Part shown: one piece after another, positions 1-11,612 of the stretch
Layout of the letters: each line of letters starts with the position of its first letter
Position numbering within the stretch: position 1 is the first letter of the stretch
Source of the DNA: Macrostomum lignano
Taxonomy: Eukaryota
Reading direction: 5' to 3'
DNA: 64,000 nucleotides
Assembly (NCBI GenBank): GCA_002269645.1
Contig: NIVC01000494.1
Coordinates: forward strand, 248,001 to 312,000
Notes under the pieces: generated by a model
Databases searched by the model: none
Told to the model about the DNA's origin: nothing
The model's input: only the letters and a program-made list of their open reading frames with translations
Translations under genes and position numbers: made by a program

Positions 1-61
1 CCAAAATGCTGCAACAATGTATCTGATTGTTTACACGTACATGGCGTCGTTTTAAAGTCTA

Positions 62-428
62 CTTTTTTTTCTTAGAGGCAGGGGGGTTGTGTGCACCCTG
101 GCGCACTTTAAGCGACATAGGCACACAACCGGCGAGAGGCATTACTGCCCATTCCGCCGACTTCCCTGAGCAGGCAAACAAGCGCGCGGATACGTACGCA
201 GGCACACACTCACACAGGAGTGTACAGCGGCCCTAACTTTATATTATCGTTAGGCATGTACACTTCACTGCGCCTTGGGGGGTTGGCTCTCAAGGCCGTT
301 AATTGCACGAGCAGAGCCAAGCGGCCGAGATTCTAATTCAGCCCCAAATTAATGTGACTGCACTTGGAATCGAGCCTGGGTCGCTGGCACACCAGAGCAG
401 CTGCGCTACCGCTGGGCTATGGCCCCCC
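62..428 (-). mobile_element. tRNA-derived SINE with 15-bp target-site duplication
   Basis: Flanked by tcgttttaaagtcta at 47-61 and 429-443. The minus strand starts GGGGGGCCATAGCCCAGCGGTAG (A-box-like) ... GGCTCGATTCC (B-box-like) and ends in an A-rich tail. Absent from the right arm of the foldback. Confidence 0.85.
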
Positions 429-607
429 TCGTTTTAAAGTCTAAATGAAACTATAATTTTCCCCCAGCTTTAGGCCTAGCTTAAGAAACTCCGCTAGTAG
501 CACATGGCCATGTGAATTATATGCTTATCTCGTATGCTTCCTTTAGCAAATTGAGCATTATTGTATAAGATGGTGTTGCTTAACTGCATCAATAGTGGCT
601 ACAGCTA

Positions 608-1542
608 CCCACTGGGAAAAATCATAGCGAGCCACAGTGGCTGCCTCCAACGGCCCGCTTGCGTCCTGTCACGTGGTCCACTCTTAGACCGCTAGCGCCC
701 TAGCGGCATTTCGCTAGATAGCGACTAGTGATCAGCTATAACGGTCCATGTCTAGCAATTCTATTACATGTATTGAATATACAATAAATGCGCCGCTTTA
801 TGTCGGATTTGTACAGGCCTAATTAATTCCGTGTAGCTCTGATGATACACCGCACATGCATGGTATTTAAGAATGCATTATCTTCAAATAATTCATTATA
901 CAGACTTTCGGCATAAGAACTGTAAGAAGCAGTACGTGATCACTGATCAGTACAATTAGAATTTGTTGTGTATTGCAAGGCATGCAATGCGTAGGGATAG
1001 TTCGGGGACAGGGTTTCTAGAAACTTCCACAGCAGGACTTGTTTACGCATTGTTCCAGAAGTTTCCTGACTTTCCTCCCCCGGTCTTTCTAGAACTTTCC
1101 TTCCCCGCGTGCATAAATATACGAGCCGCCCTCCTATTGGCCAAGCCCTCTTTTGGTGCCACTGAGCGCCCGGATAATTATCTACTTGTTTCTGCGTTCG
1201 TTAATTCAACAACAGAACAGAATTGTCACTGGCTCCTGAAGGCTAATAATAAAAAAAACTTAAGATTGGCTAAAAGCGCAGTTACAAATTTAGATTTTCA
1301 TAAGCTGCATGAAGTGACCAATGACCATATAGTGAAGAAATCGCCTTCACATATAATTAGTTATTACAAAATGCAACACATGTATGTAAATATATACACT
1401 TTAATTCCAGATAAAATAGGAACTTGCAATACAATAGATCAACAGAAAAATGCCAAATCGATGTCTTTATTTTAAGTTTCCTCCATGATGCCGCTAAGGG
1501 TTAAGTGGCACACAAGAGGCCCACTAGAACTTTCCCAGTGGG
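608..1542. mobile_element. Non-autonomous DNA transposon (935 bp), CCCACTGGGAAA TIRs, TA target duplication
   Basis: Starts cccactgggaaa (608) and ends tttcccagtggg (1542), with TA at 606-607 and 1543-1544. The right arm shows the empty site cagcTAgggcgc. No transposase ORF. Confidence 0.85.
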
Positions 1543-2151
1543 TAGGGCGCAGATTAATATAAATTTATTTGACTTTGATTAGTGTTACTGACTAAATTAG
1601 CGCATTGTTGTGTTTTCTATTGAATGCATATCACACTTATCATGGTTAGGCCTATGGCTATGTAGCAGTAGTTATACCCGATTTGATCGAACCCTAGCTG
1701 CTTTGCCCCCGGCTCTGCCACCCTGCTCTCCCTCTTCCTACTCTGCATGCCCCCTTCCTTGCTTTGCCACACTGCTTTCCCTCCCTTGCTCTGATCTGCC
1801 ACCCTGCTCTCCCTCCCTGCTCTGCCCCCTGCTCTACCCCTGCCCTGCCACCCTGCTTTGTATCCCTGCTGTGCCCACTACACTCTCCCTCCCTGTTCTG
1901 CTACCCCGCTCTATCCCCTTCCTCTCCCTTCCTGCTCTACCCCCTGCCCTGCATCTAAGTCAGTCAACGAAAGTAAAGAGCACAGAGAGAATCCCATTCG
2001 ACAAAAGTTCCACAAGACTTAGCAAGAGTCGCAACAACAGGTGTTTTACACCTGTAAGCCAATTTATGCTTTTTTGTGACCAAAATATAAAAAAGCAGGT
2101 ATTACAAACTCAGCCACACTCTTAGAGCGCTAAGACAGTTGTTTTAAAACA

Positions 2152-2830
2152 GTTGCCGCCACCTTCCCGCTCTCTGCCGCCACCTTCCCGCTCCTCTGCC
2201 GCCACCTTCCCGCTCCTCTGCCGCCACCTTCCCGCTCCTCTGCCGCCACCTTCCCGCTCCTCTGCCGCCACCTTCCCGCTCCTCTGCCGCCACCTTCCCG
2301 CTCCTCTGCCGCCACCTTCCCGCTCCTCCGCCGCCACCTTCCCGCTCCTCTGCCGCCACCTTCCCGCTCCTCTGCCGCCACCTTCCCGCTCCTCTGCCGC
2401 CACCTTCCCGCTCCTCTGCCGCCACCTTCCCGCTCCTCCGCCGCCACCTTCCCGCTCCTCTGCCGCCACCTTCCCGCTCCTCTGCCGCCACCTTCCCGCT
2501 CCTCTGCCGCCACCTTCCCGCTCCTCTGCCGCCACCTTCCCGCTCCTCTGCCGCCACCTTCCCGCTCCTCTGCCGCCACCTTCCCGCTCCTCTGCCGCCA
2601 CCTTCCCGCTCCTCTGCCGCCACCTTCCCGCTCTCTGCCGCCACATTCCCGCTCTCCGCCGCCACCTTCCCGCTCTCCGCCGCCACCTTCCCGCTCTCCG
2701 CCGCCACCTTCCCGCTCTCCGCCGCCACCTTCCCGCTCTCTGCCGCCACCTTTCCGCTCTCCGCCGCCACCTTCCCTCTCTCTGCCGCCACCTTCCCGCT
2801 ATCAGCTGCCACCTTCCCGCTCTCAACTGC
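2152..2830. repeat. 22-bp minisatellite (cctctgccgccaccttcccgct) with shorter variants
   Basis: Direct tandem array; explains the repetitive ORFs in all frames. Confidence 0.95.
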
Positions 2831-3234
2831 CTCCACCTTCTCCCGCCCTAATCAACTTCTGCCAACATTAGATATATATGGCTTGTGATGAATGCATGGC
2901 TTTTCTGTTTTAGCTATTGGCGAGTTGTAAAACCTCACTAACGGTGATCGGAAGTACTACTGCATGTACATGTGTATGAATACATGAGCAAGAAGCTAAG
3001 TTAAGAGTAGAACAAGGGTAAGAAGTACAGTTAAACAAAGTTAAAAATTTGACTGAAAATAGAGCTAAACTGAGGTGTCAATGCTACGAATTTCCTTTTG
3101 CTAACAGCTCAAGACAGAATCCTTTCAATGACCGTTCCATCCTGAGCTAACTTTGATACGACCACACCGCATTGCTGAAGGGTATGGTACGCTTTACACC
3201 GACTGCAGTGTTGTTGGGTAGAAAAGCAGTCGGC

Positions 3235-4060
3235 AGAGCAGGGTGGAAGGGCAGGGGGGCAAAGCAGGGAGGGAGAGCAGGGGGGCAAAGCAGGGAGGGA
3301 GAGCAGGGGACAAAGCAGGGAGGGAGAGCAGGGGGCAAAGCAGGGAGGGAGAGCAGGGGGGAAAAGCAGGGAGGGAGAGCAGGGGGGAAAAGCAGGGAGG
3401 GAGAGCAGGGGCAAAGCAGGGAGGGAGAGCAGGGGGCAAAGCACGGAGGGAGAGCAGGGGCAAAGCAGGGAGGGAGAGCAGGGGGGCAAAGCAGGGAGGG
3501 AGAGCAGGGGGGCAAAGCAGGGAGGGAGAGCAGGGGGCAAAGCAGGGAGGGAGAGCAGGGGGCAAAGCACGGAGGGAGAGCAGGGGGCAAAGCAGGGAGG
3601 GAGAGCAGGGGGGCAAAGCAGGGAGGGAGAGCAGGGGGCAAAGCAGGGAGGGAGAGCAGGGGGCAAAGCAGGGAGGGAGAGCAGGGGGCAAAGCAGGGAG
3701 GGAGAGCAGGGGGGCAAAGCAGGGAGGGAGAGCAGGGGCAAAGCAGGGAGGGAGAGCAGGGGGCAAAGCAGGGAGGGAGAGCAGGGGGCAAAGCAGGGAG
3801 GGAGAGCAGGGGGGCAAAGCAGGGAGGGAGAGCAGGGGGGCAAAGCAGGGAGGGAGAGCAGGGGGTAGAGCAGGGTGGCAGAGCGGGTGGGGGAGCACGG
3901 AGGGAGAGCAGTGTGGCAAAGCAAGGGGCAGAGCAGGGAGGAGGAGCAGCTGCATGGGGGCAGAGCAGGGAGGGAGAGCAGGGTGGCAGAGCAGGGAGGG
4001 AGAGCAGGGTGGCAGAGCAGGGGGCAGAGCAGAGCAGGAGGTAGAGCAAGGGGTATAGGC
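3235..4060. repeat. ~25-bp purine-rich minisatellite (aaagcagggagggagagcagggggc) inside the foldback right arm
   Basis: Direct tandem array with G-run length variation. Confidence 0.95.
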
Positions 4061-6709
4061 AGGGTTGCAGAGCAAATCGGGTATAACTACAGTACTACTT
4101 AGCCATAGGCCCATAACCATGATAAGTGTGATATGCATACAATACAAAAACACAATAATGATTGCGCTCATTTAGTCAGTAACACTAATCAAAGTCAATT
4201 TATATTATACTGCGCCCTAGCTGTAGCCACAATTGATGCAGTTAAGCAACACCATCTTATACAATAATGCTCAATTCGCTAAAGGAAGCATACAAGATGA
4301 GCATATAATTCACATGGCCATGTGCTACCAGCGGAGTTTCTTAAGCTAGGCCTAATGCTGGGGGAAAATTATCCTTCATTTAGACTTTAAAACGACACCA
4401 TGTAAACAATCCCAACTAGATACATTGTTGCAGCATTTTGGCTAAGAATATCATGATACATAATATCACCGTATTGTGACGATTATTCGGTGCCTCAAGA
4501 GTAATTAACGAAGGCAAACACGGCAGAGGCAAATTTGATGATGATAGCACTTGATGATAGTACGATTGATGCGGGCAATGACCGCAGTCTTTGTTTATAG
4601 TAACCGTATGAGAGGAATATAGTTAGGCTTTCTATTATCAATTCTGTCTGGGTGGACAACAGAGATAGGCCAGAGTACTTGCTGAATCCGTAGGAAATGC
4701 ACTGGGCGGCTACGCAACAATAAGATAGATAATATACGAAAGAGTGAGTCGATGAAGCCTGAGACAATGGTGACGATGTGATGGCAGTGAACGTGTGGTG
4801 GCGGTGCTCGTAGCGAGAGCTCGTACAGACAGTAGAGGTGGCGTGACTGAGTTTTTGGCGGAGCAAGGCGGAGAGAGAAGGCAAAGCAAACAAGGAGTGC
4901 CGCGGTGGCAAGGCTCAAGGGGTCTACGGGCAGGAGGGGTGAAGGAGGATACCACGAGCGCCCCAGCCAGACGACTGATAAGGAGCGGACTGGGGGTGGG
5001 TGCGCGCGGAGAACTTAATTTCAGGCAAACATAATTTATGCGCGGCTTTTCTATTGGCCGGCGAGAAAAACAGAATTTATCGATCGCCTACTGTACTTAG
5101 GCTTTACAAACGTACGCAAGTTGATTAAAATTCTTTGGGAACTACTTTAAGCAGTCGTGAGAGTACGGGACCATTAAATTAACAATATTACAGATTGGTA
5201 CCGTATGTTAAAACGGCCCTTGACGGGGCTACTAAAATTGACAACGTCACAGTATCATGATATCTGAGCCTTTCCCGCAGGGTTTTTAATTTTGGAATTC
5301 AAGTCAAATCGGATTTGAAATCTAGTCTAGTCTAGTTCTAATCTAGTCTAGTTTTTATTCTAGTCATAGTTTATGTCTAGTCTAGCCTAGGCTACAATAG
5401 TTCTATAATATCCATCATTTCTGACTGCATGCATTGGGATTTGACTAATTGAAAGATCCGACTGTAAAAACTCTCGTGGGAAAACTCAGCGGGAAAAGCT
5501 CGCACGGGCAAACCTCGGCGAGAAAACTATACCTCCCGTAACAAATTCCATATACATGTAAGATTTGCAGCTGTAGTTTGAGGCTCCACTCCCTCACTTA
5601 CATGTATGACAATAAGTTTTAATGCATAGATAAAGCGATGCTGATTATCAGTCTTGCACGCAGGGTCTCAAACTCTAATAAAAAACATACTGCATTCGTA
5701 TTCGTATTTCGAACTTTTGTCTATGGGATTCGACTCAACCCCAACCCCAACCCCTTATAACGGTCGAACAAACGTTTCATGTTTGTTTCGATTCTTCGTT
5801 TTTTATTATCGCATACCGCGCGAACTTAAATAGCACGGCTAAAAAAAGAACTTTTTTATTGCCTCTTGTCTTAGCTATCTCTACGCTAGCTTTTTAAGAT
5901 AGGCCTATTTGAATTATGTTAACGTTGCGTATTTACTTATTTATTTGTTTAAGTCCATTTTGATCAAGCCAGTCAAAGAAACAGACTAAGTTTTGGTTTT
6001 TAAGTCATATGTTTTATTTTTACATTTTATGCAGTCAAACTTTTCAATTTTAACCAGATTACCAAATATATAGTGTAAATACTTTAAGTATATTACCATA
6101 TAGATATAGATATAGTATAATTATGTCGTTGTGCCTAGGCCCAATATAATTGGGCTACAACTAAAATGATATTATCCTTGAGTTGAGCTTAAAGTAGAGG
6201 TAGTATAGTAGGCCTAATATGACTATGACTATGACATCTTGATCCTAAACCTAGCCTGCCTACTAGGCCAGCTGCCAGCCACACTAGATCATAGTATATT
6301 TTGGGCATGCATTGGCCTTGAATGCCAAAAGTTGGGTCAAGGACAACTTAAGTAGAATTAGAAGGATGGGAAACCTCATTTCTTAGAAAATTTTAGAAGG
6401 CAGGTTTTAATTCCCAAAAAATACATTATAGAGAAAGGAAGTTTTCATTTTTTCAGCACAAAAATTGTTATTGCTTTTGATAGAAGGCAGATCCAGTGTT
6501 TATCTTTTGATATGTTATGCCTTTTTTATTGCTCTATTAATATTTATGAAGCTTTTTGTTTAGAAAATTCAGATTTTATGTTATTTTTTTATTCTATTTG
6601 TTTTTATATGACAAGGGTACATTTGGATCCTAAATTTAAATTTAGCATCTTGAAATTCAATCAAAAATGCCAATTTGCATAATCTTGATCTTTTTCTAAT
6701 GACTAAAGA

Positions 6710-7019
6710 CCCTATTGCAGCCAAGGTCTGAACCGCGCCGGACGCCCCCCTTTCCCGCGCTAGACATCTACTCGTACCGCGCCAGGGCCAGTCCCCAGGA
6801 TCAGTGATTTGCTTCAATATAACCCTCTGTGCCCCTCCTCATGTGTGCCCCCACACCCCTCTCCCATGCCCTCGCGCCACGCCGCCGCGCGCCGCCGCCA
6901 CACGCCACGCCACCGCGCGCCACCGCCATGCGCCGCGCCGCCGCCGCGCGCCGCGCCGCCGCCAGGCCAAAATCCGCGCCGGACGCCGTCCACGAAAATG
7001 GCCATTGGCTGCAATAGGG
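6710..7019. mobile_element. GC-rich 310-bp MITE, 15-bp TIR, 8-bp TSD
   Basis: ccctattgcagccaa (6710-6724) and ttggctgcaataggg (ending 7019), flanked by actaaaga at 6702-6709 and 7020-7027. Confidence 0.85.
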
Positions 7020-7236
7020 ACTAAAGATATTTATAAATAAATAAGTATATATATATATAAGTAAAACATGTAACAAATTTCTTTATTAATATATTTCAAT
7101 GTATTGATTTATTGTCCCAGAACTAAAATGATTTTTTTAATTTTTTATAATAAAAAAATTATAAAACTAATTATATATAATGTATTTTGACTTTAAAATT
7201 AGTAGCATCTAGCTTAAGAGGAATAAAAGGTTATTA

Positions 7237-7809
7237 TAGCCTAGTGATTAAAGTGTTGGACTTACAACATGAAAAGTTGGATGATCCCTAATCATACATG
7301 CGCAACCCCCCTGATTTACACTGGCTATGCAACTTACTTTTTGACCAAAAATGCAACTTACTTGTGAAAAAAACCCTAAAGCAAAATGAATGCAATTTTG
7401 GGTAAACAGCAAGAGTAACTATGACTGTCTTATCAGGCCTAAATGCCTCCGCAACTAATTAGTACTACATCTGTATTTTTGGAGTGGCATTTTTGCAACT
7501 TACCCCTGGTCCACCACAATTTATGGTAGCTAGATCGGCCAGGTTAGCCAGCAGTTGCGCATGTATGTCCCTAATCCCACTGAAACAATTTGTGTCCTTG
7601 AGCAAGACACTTAACTTTATATTACTTCAGTTCACCCAGCTGAAAAATGGGTGCCAGCATTAGCTGGGGAAATTGAAGGTGTGTGGCAACCCCCCAGTCC
7701 TTGTACTAAACAGCCATATGTAGCCTTCAGATATGCTGCACAATAGCTGCAACTGAGCTGTTGGTTGCCATCTGGCCCAATGGGGGCAGGTGTAATCAGT
7801 TACTATTAA

Positions 7810-7855
<46 letters not shown>
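7237..7855 (+). mobile_element. tRNA-derived SINE (CORE-like body, (ATT)n tail) interrupted by a MITE
   Basis: Head tagcctagtgattaaag at ~7237. The body after 7575 (ccttgagcaagacacttaac...cccagctgaaaaatggg...caggtgtaatca) matches the copies at 21.8, 33.8 and 61.1 kb. (att)n tail at 7810-7855. Confidence 0.75.
7293..7567. mobile_element. 275-bp MITE, 14-bp perfect TIR (catacatgcgcaac), 8-bp TSD (hAT/P-sized)
   Basis: TSD tccctaat at 7285-7292 and 7568-7575. Internal sequence is related to 39500-39750. Confidence 0.85.
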
Positions 7856-7926
7856 GATTTTGGAAGTTTCATCATATTTCAAAAAAATTTCACTCTACTG
7901 CATGCTCCATAGTAAACTGCCACACT

Positions 7927-10703
7927 ATGCCTGGCCAACAATCAGAAGATGCCATACCAGTGCTATCAAGGCTGGATTTACTGGGCAATCACACTGCTGC
8001 CATAGAGAGTCTACTGACCCACTATAGTAAAACATTTGACAATTCTGAACCGGCATTTGTTGCCAGAGCACCAGGCCGCGTAAATCTCATTGGCGAGCAC
8101 ATTGACTATTGCGGCTACTCTGTCCTGCCTATGGCCATTGATCGGCACATTCTTATTGCGGTTGGCTATCCTAGTAATGCGCGTAGCAACCAAAATGAAC
8201 GCTCATCTTCAACACTGAGAATTTGTCATATCGATAGTAGTGATCGACCAGCTGCCACTGTCACAGTTGAAGCGGACGGGGTGGCTGTAGATAAAGAAAA
8301 CCTGGCCTGGCATCAGTATGTTCTGTGTGGATTTCGCGGCGTGCAAGACTACCTGTTGAAGGTGTGTTTCTTTTCTAAGAAGCATAACCATAATTATGTG
8401 TTACATAAGTTTCATTTCATAATTTCCATAAATAATCCCAGGGAGGCGGATTTCCTCAGCTAGACATCAACCTCATGGTCACTGGCGATATTCCATCCAG
8501 TTCCGGTCTATCCAGCAGCAGCGCTTTAGTTGTCTGCTCCGCTTTAGTTGCTATGCGAGCCTACACTGGTAGTTTGAGCCTGCTGGATAGGCGGGGAATG
8601 GCTTCCCTGTGCGCCACTGCCGAGCGGTACATTGGCACCGAGGGCGGCGGCATGGACCAGGCCATCTCACTGTGCGCCAGGCCCGGCCAGGCTATGTGGA
8701 TTAACTTCAAATCTGGATTGGAAACCCGACCGGTGAGAGGCGCCCGATTTCTGGCTGGTTGAAACAAAGCCGGAAGTGGGGTTATCCCGAGCGAATTATC
8801 CCGATCCAACCGGAAGTGAGATTTAGTGCCAAGAACACCATCCCGATTCAACCGGAAGTGGGATTTAGTGCCAAGAACACCATCCCGATTCAACCGGAAG
8901 TGGGATTTAGTGCCAAGAAAACCATCCCGATTCAACCGGAAGTGGGATTTAGTGCCAAGAACACCATCCCGATTCAACCGGAAGTGGGATTTATTGCCAA
9001 GAAAACCACCCCGATTCAACCGGAAGTGGGATTTAGTGCCAAGAAAACCATCCCGATTCAACCGGAAGTTGGGATTTAGTGCCAAAAAAACCATCCCGAT
9101 TCAACCGGAAGTGGGATTTATTGCCAAGAAAGACCATCCCGATTCAACCGGAAGTGGGATTTATTGCCAAGAAAACCATCCTGATTCAGCCGAAAGTGGG
9201 ATTTAGTGCCAAGAAAGACCATCCCGATTCAAGCGGAAGTGGGATTTAGTGCTAAGAAAACCATCCTAATCCAGCCAGAAGTGGGGTTCTTGGCTAGGCT
9301 CTGATTCAGTCGGACATGATGATGAACAATATTAAAACTAATTTTTGCTGCCTTTGCAACCTAGGTAAATCTGCCGCCAGGCTACAGCTGGGTGGTGGCT
9401 CACTGCGGTCAGGTGCTCAACAAGGCGGCCACCGACCAGTTTAATCAGCGTGTTGCCGAGTGCCGTCTCGCCGCCAGGTTGCTTAGCAAAAATACCGACT
9501 CTGCCAATATGCGTCTGGTGGATGCGCAGGTAGGTAACCGCGCTTCCGGTACTGACATCCTCTCTTGCCGATACTGATATCCTCTGCACTCCCCGATCCT
9601 GACATTCTCACTCCCGATCCCTGACAACCTCATTCCCGATCCCGGGATGTGGAGCCTACCTGACTCTCACTCCAGATCCCTGACACCCTGACTTCCCAAT
9701 CCTGACACCCTCACTCCCGATCCTGACATCCTAACTTCCCGATCCTGACACCCTAACTCCCGATCCTGACACCCTAACTCCCGATCCTGACACCCTCACT
9801 CCAGATCCCTGACACCCTGACTTCCCGATCCTGACACCCTCACTCCCGATCCTGACATCTAACTTCCCGATCCTGACACCCTAACTCCCGATCCTGACAC
9901 CCTCACTCCAGATCCCTGACACCCTGACTTCCCAATCCTGACACCCTCACTCCCGATCCTGACACCCTAACTTCCCGATCCTGACACCCTAACTCCCGAT
10001 CCTGACACCCTAACTCCCGATCCTGACACCCTCCCTCTTGACCTTGACACCCTCACTCCCATCTTGTCTCCACCCTGACACCTGAACCTGACCTACCGAA
10101 TCAATCGGAACTCCTCAGGATGCTCTTGGCGTGACCCAGCCAGGCGCCGCGGCCGATCTCGCAGCCCAGCGCCTTCGCGCCGAGCCACCCTACAGCCTGG
10201 CCGAGGTGGCGGCCGAACTGTCTGTTGAATCGTCAGCTCTGTCCGCCATCTGCCTGACGTCAGAGGCTGCCAAACGGCTGGCCGGATTCCAGCTCCACCA
10301 GCGAGCTCTGCACGTATTCAACGAGGCCCAACGCGTGCTGGACTTTCGCGACGCTTGCGGCCGAGCTGGCAGCGGTGACAACGACGAGAATTTGGCTGCC
10401 AGGCTGGGCGAGCTGATGAACGCGAGTCACCAGAGCTGCTCGGAGCTGTACAACTGCTCCTGTCCGGAGTTGGACCGGCTCTGCCAGATCTGCCGGGACG
10501 TCGGCGGCGCTCTGGGCAGCCGTTTGACCGGCGCCGGCTGGGGCGGCTGCTGCGTCTCGCTGGTGCCTGACAGCGGGGTTGAGAAATTTCTCAGCAGCGT
10601 CAGGGACGCCTTCGCTGGACCAACTGGACTGGTTGGCGGTCGGCCGTTTCTGGCCTTCGCTAGTTCGCCTAGCACGGGAGCCTACCTACTGGAGTTAAAT
10701 TAA
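7927..10703 (+). CDS. GALK2: Galactokinase / N-acetylgalactosamine kinase (GHMP family); exons 7927-8361, 8442-8732, 9365-9529, 10119-10703; ~491 aa
   Basis: Motifs RAPGRVNLIGEHIDYCGYSVLPMA, IPSSSGLSSSSA, YIGTEGGGMDQ, CSCPELD and GSRLTGAGWGGC. All three introns are GT-AG and phase-consistent; total 1476 nt. Confidence 0.92.
8790..9290. repeat. 42-bp intronic minisatellite (GALK2 intron 2)
   Basis: Tandem atcccgattcaaccggaagtgggatttagtgccaagaacacc. Confidence 0.95.
9590..10080. repeat. ~21-22-bp intronic minisatellite (GALK2 intron 3)
   Basis: Tandem tcctgacaccctcactcccga variants. Confidence 0.9.
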
Positions 10704-10869
10704 CCGTCTGGTTGGATGCTTTGCCTAAATCTCTACGGCTAGCTAACAGCATGGATTTCTGTGAGCAGTATGCTTCTAACACTACTTACTAAGTAGCTTT
10801 AATATTATTGAGCAGATTTTTTCTTTAAAAATGTTATTAAAAACTTAAAAAATTGCCTTTGAACTTTTT

Positions 10870-11612
10870 CATAAGAATCGCCCTTGAGCTGTCTCAGAAG
10901 AATCGCCCTTGAGCTGTCTCAGAAGAAACGCCCTTGAGCTGTCTCAGAAGAATCGCCCTTGAGCTGTCTCAGAAGAATCGCCCTTGAGCTGTCTCAGAAG
11001 AATCGCCCTTGAGCTGTCCTAGAAGAATCGCCCTTGAGCTGTCTCAGAAGAATCGCCCTTGAGCTGTCTCAGAAGAATCGCCCTTGAGCTGTCTCAGAAG
11101 AATCGCCCTTGAGCTGTCCTAGAAGAATCGCCCTTGAGCTGTCTCAGAAGAATCGCCCTTGAGCTGTCTCAGAAGAATCGCCCTTGAGCTGTCTCAGAAG
11201 AATCGCCCTTGAGCTGTCCTAGAAGAATCGCCCTTGAGCTGTCTCAGAAGAATCGCCCTTGAGCTGTCTCAGAACTGAAAACCCACTTGAGCTGTCCTAG
11301 AAGAATCGTCCTTGAGCTGTCTCAGAAGAATCGCCCTTGAGCTGTCTCAGAAGAATCGCCCTTGAGCTGTCCTAGAAGAATCGCCCTTGAGCTGTCTCAG
11401 AAGAATCGCCCTTGAGCTGTCCTAGAAGAATCGCCCTTGAGCTGTCTCAGAAGAATCGCCCTTGAGCTGTCTCAGAACTGAAAACCCACTTGAGCTGTCC
11501 TAGAAGAATCGTCCTTGAGCTGTCTCAGAAGAATCGCCCTTGAGCTGTCTCAGAAGAATCGCCCTTGAGCTGTCTCAAAAGAATCGCCCTTGAGCTGTCT
11601 CAGAAGAATCGC
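10870..11612. repeat. 25-bp minisatellite (gaatcgcccttgagctgtctcagaa)
   Basis: Near-perfect tandem array. Confidence 0.95.

Larger units (their letters stand above)
1..4441. mobile_element. Foldback-like long inverted repeat: left arm ~1-1950 (with two nested insertions), right arm ~3235-4441
   Basis: 1-60 plus 431-607 is the reverse complement of ~4220-4441 (ccaaaatgctgcaacaatgtatct vs agatacattgttgcagcattttgg). 1543-1690 is the reverse complement of ~4070-4220. The GC-rich 1690-1950 stretch mirrors the expanded 3235-4070 minisatellite. The left end coincides with the window edge, so the true terminus is unknown. Confidence 0.8.

Noticed and set aside
360-428. tRNA gene candidates (also 22060-22115 and 61280-61344)
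   Set aside because: No complete cloverleaf; they continue into SINE bodies with tails and TSDs.
963-1475. 170-aa ORF inside the CCCACTGGG element
   Set aside because: Non-ATG start, AT-rich, no transposase motifs.
2122-4171. Multiple 230-325 aa ORFs on both strands
   Set aside because: They are translations of 22-bp and 25-bp minisatellites, open in several frames at once.
4440-5270. Possible element bounded by ggctaagaatatcatgatac / gtatcatgatatctgagcc, with ORFs at 4495-5034
   Set aside because: The TIR is short and imperfect, no TSD was found, and the ORFs have no recognisable motifs.
10870-11612. CRISPR-like regular repeats (also 31505-32720 and 62630-63890)
   Set aside because: Units are head-to-tail with no unique spacers, there are no cas genes, and the context is eukaryotic.
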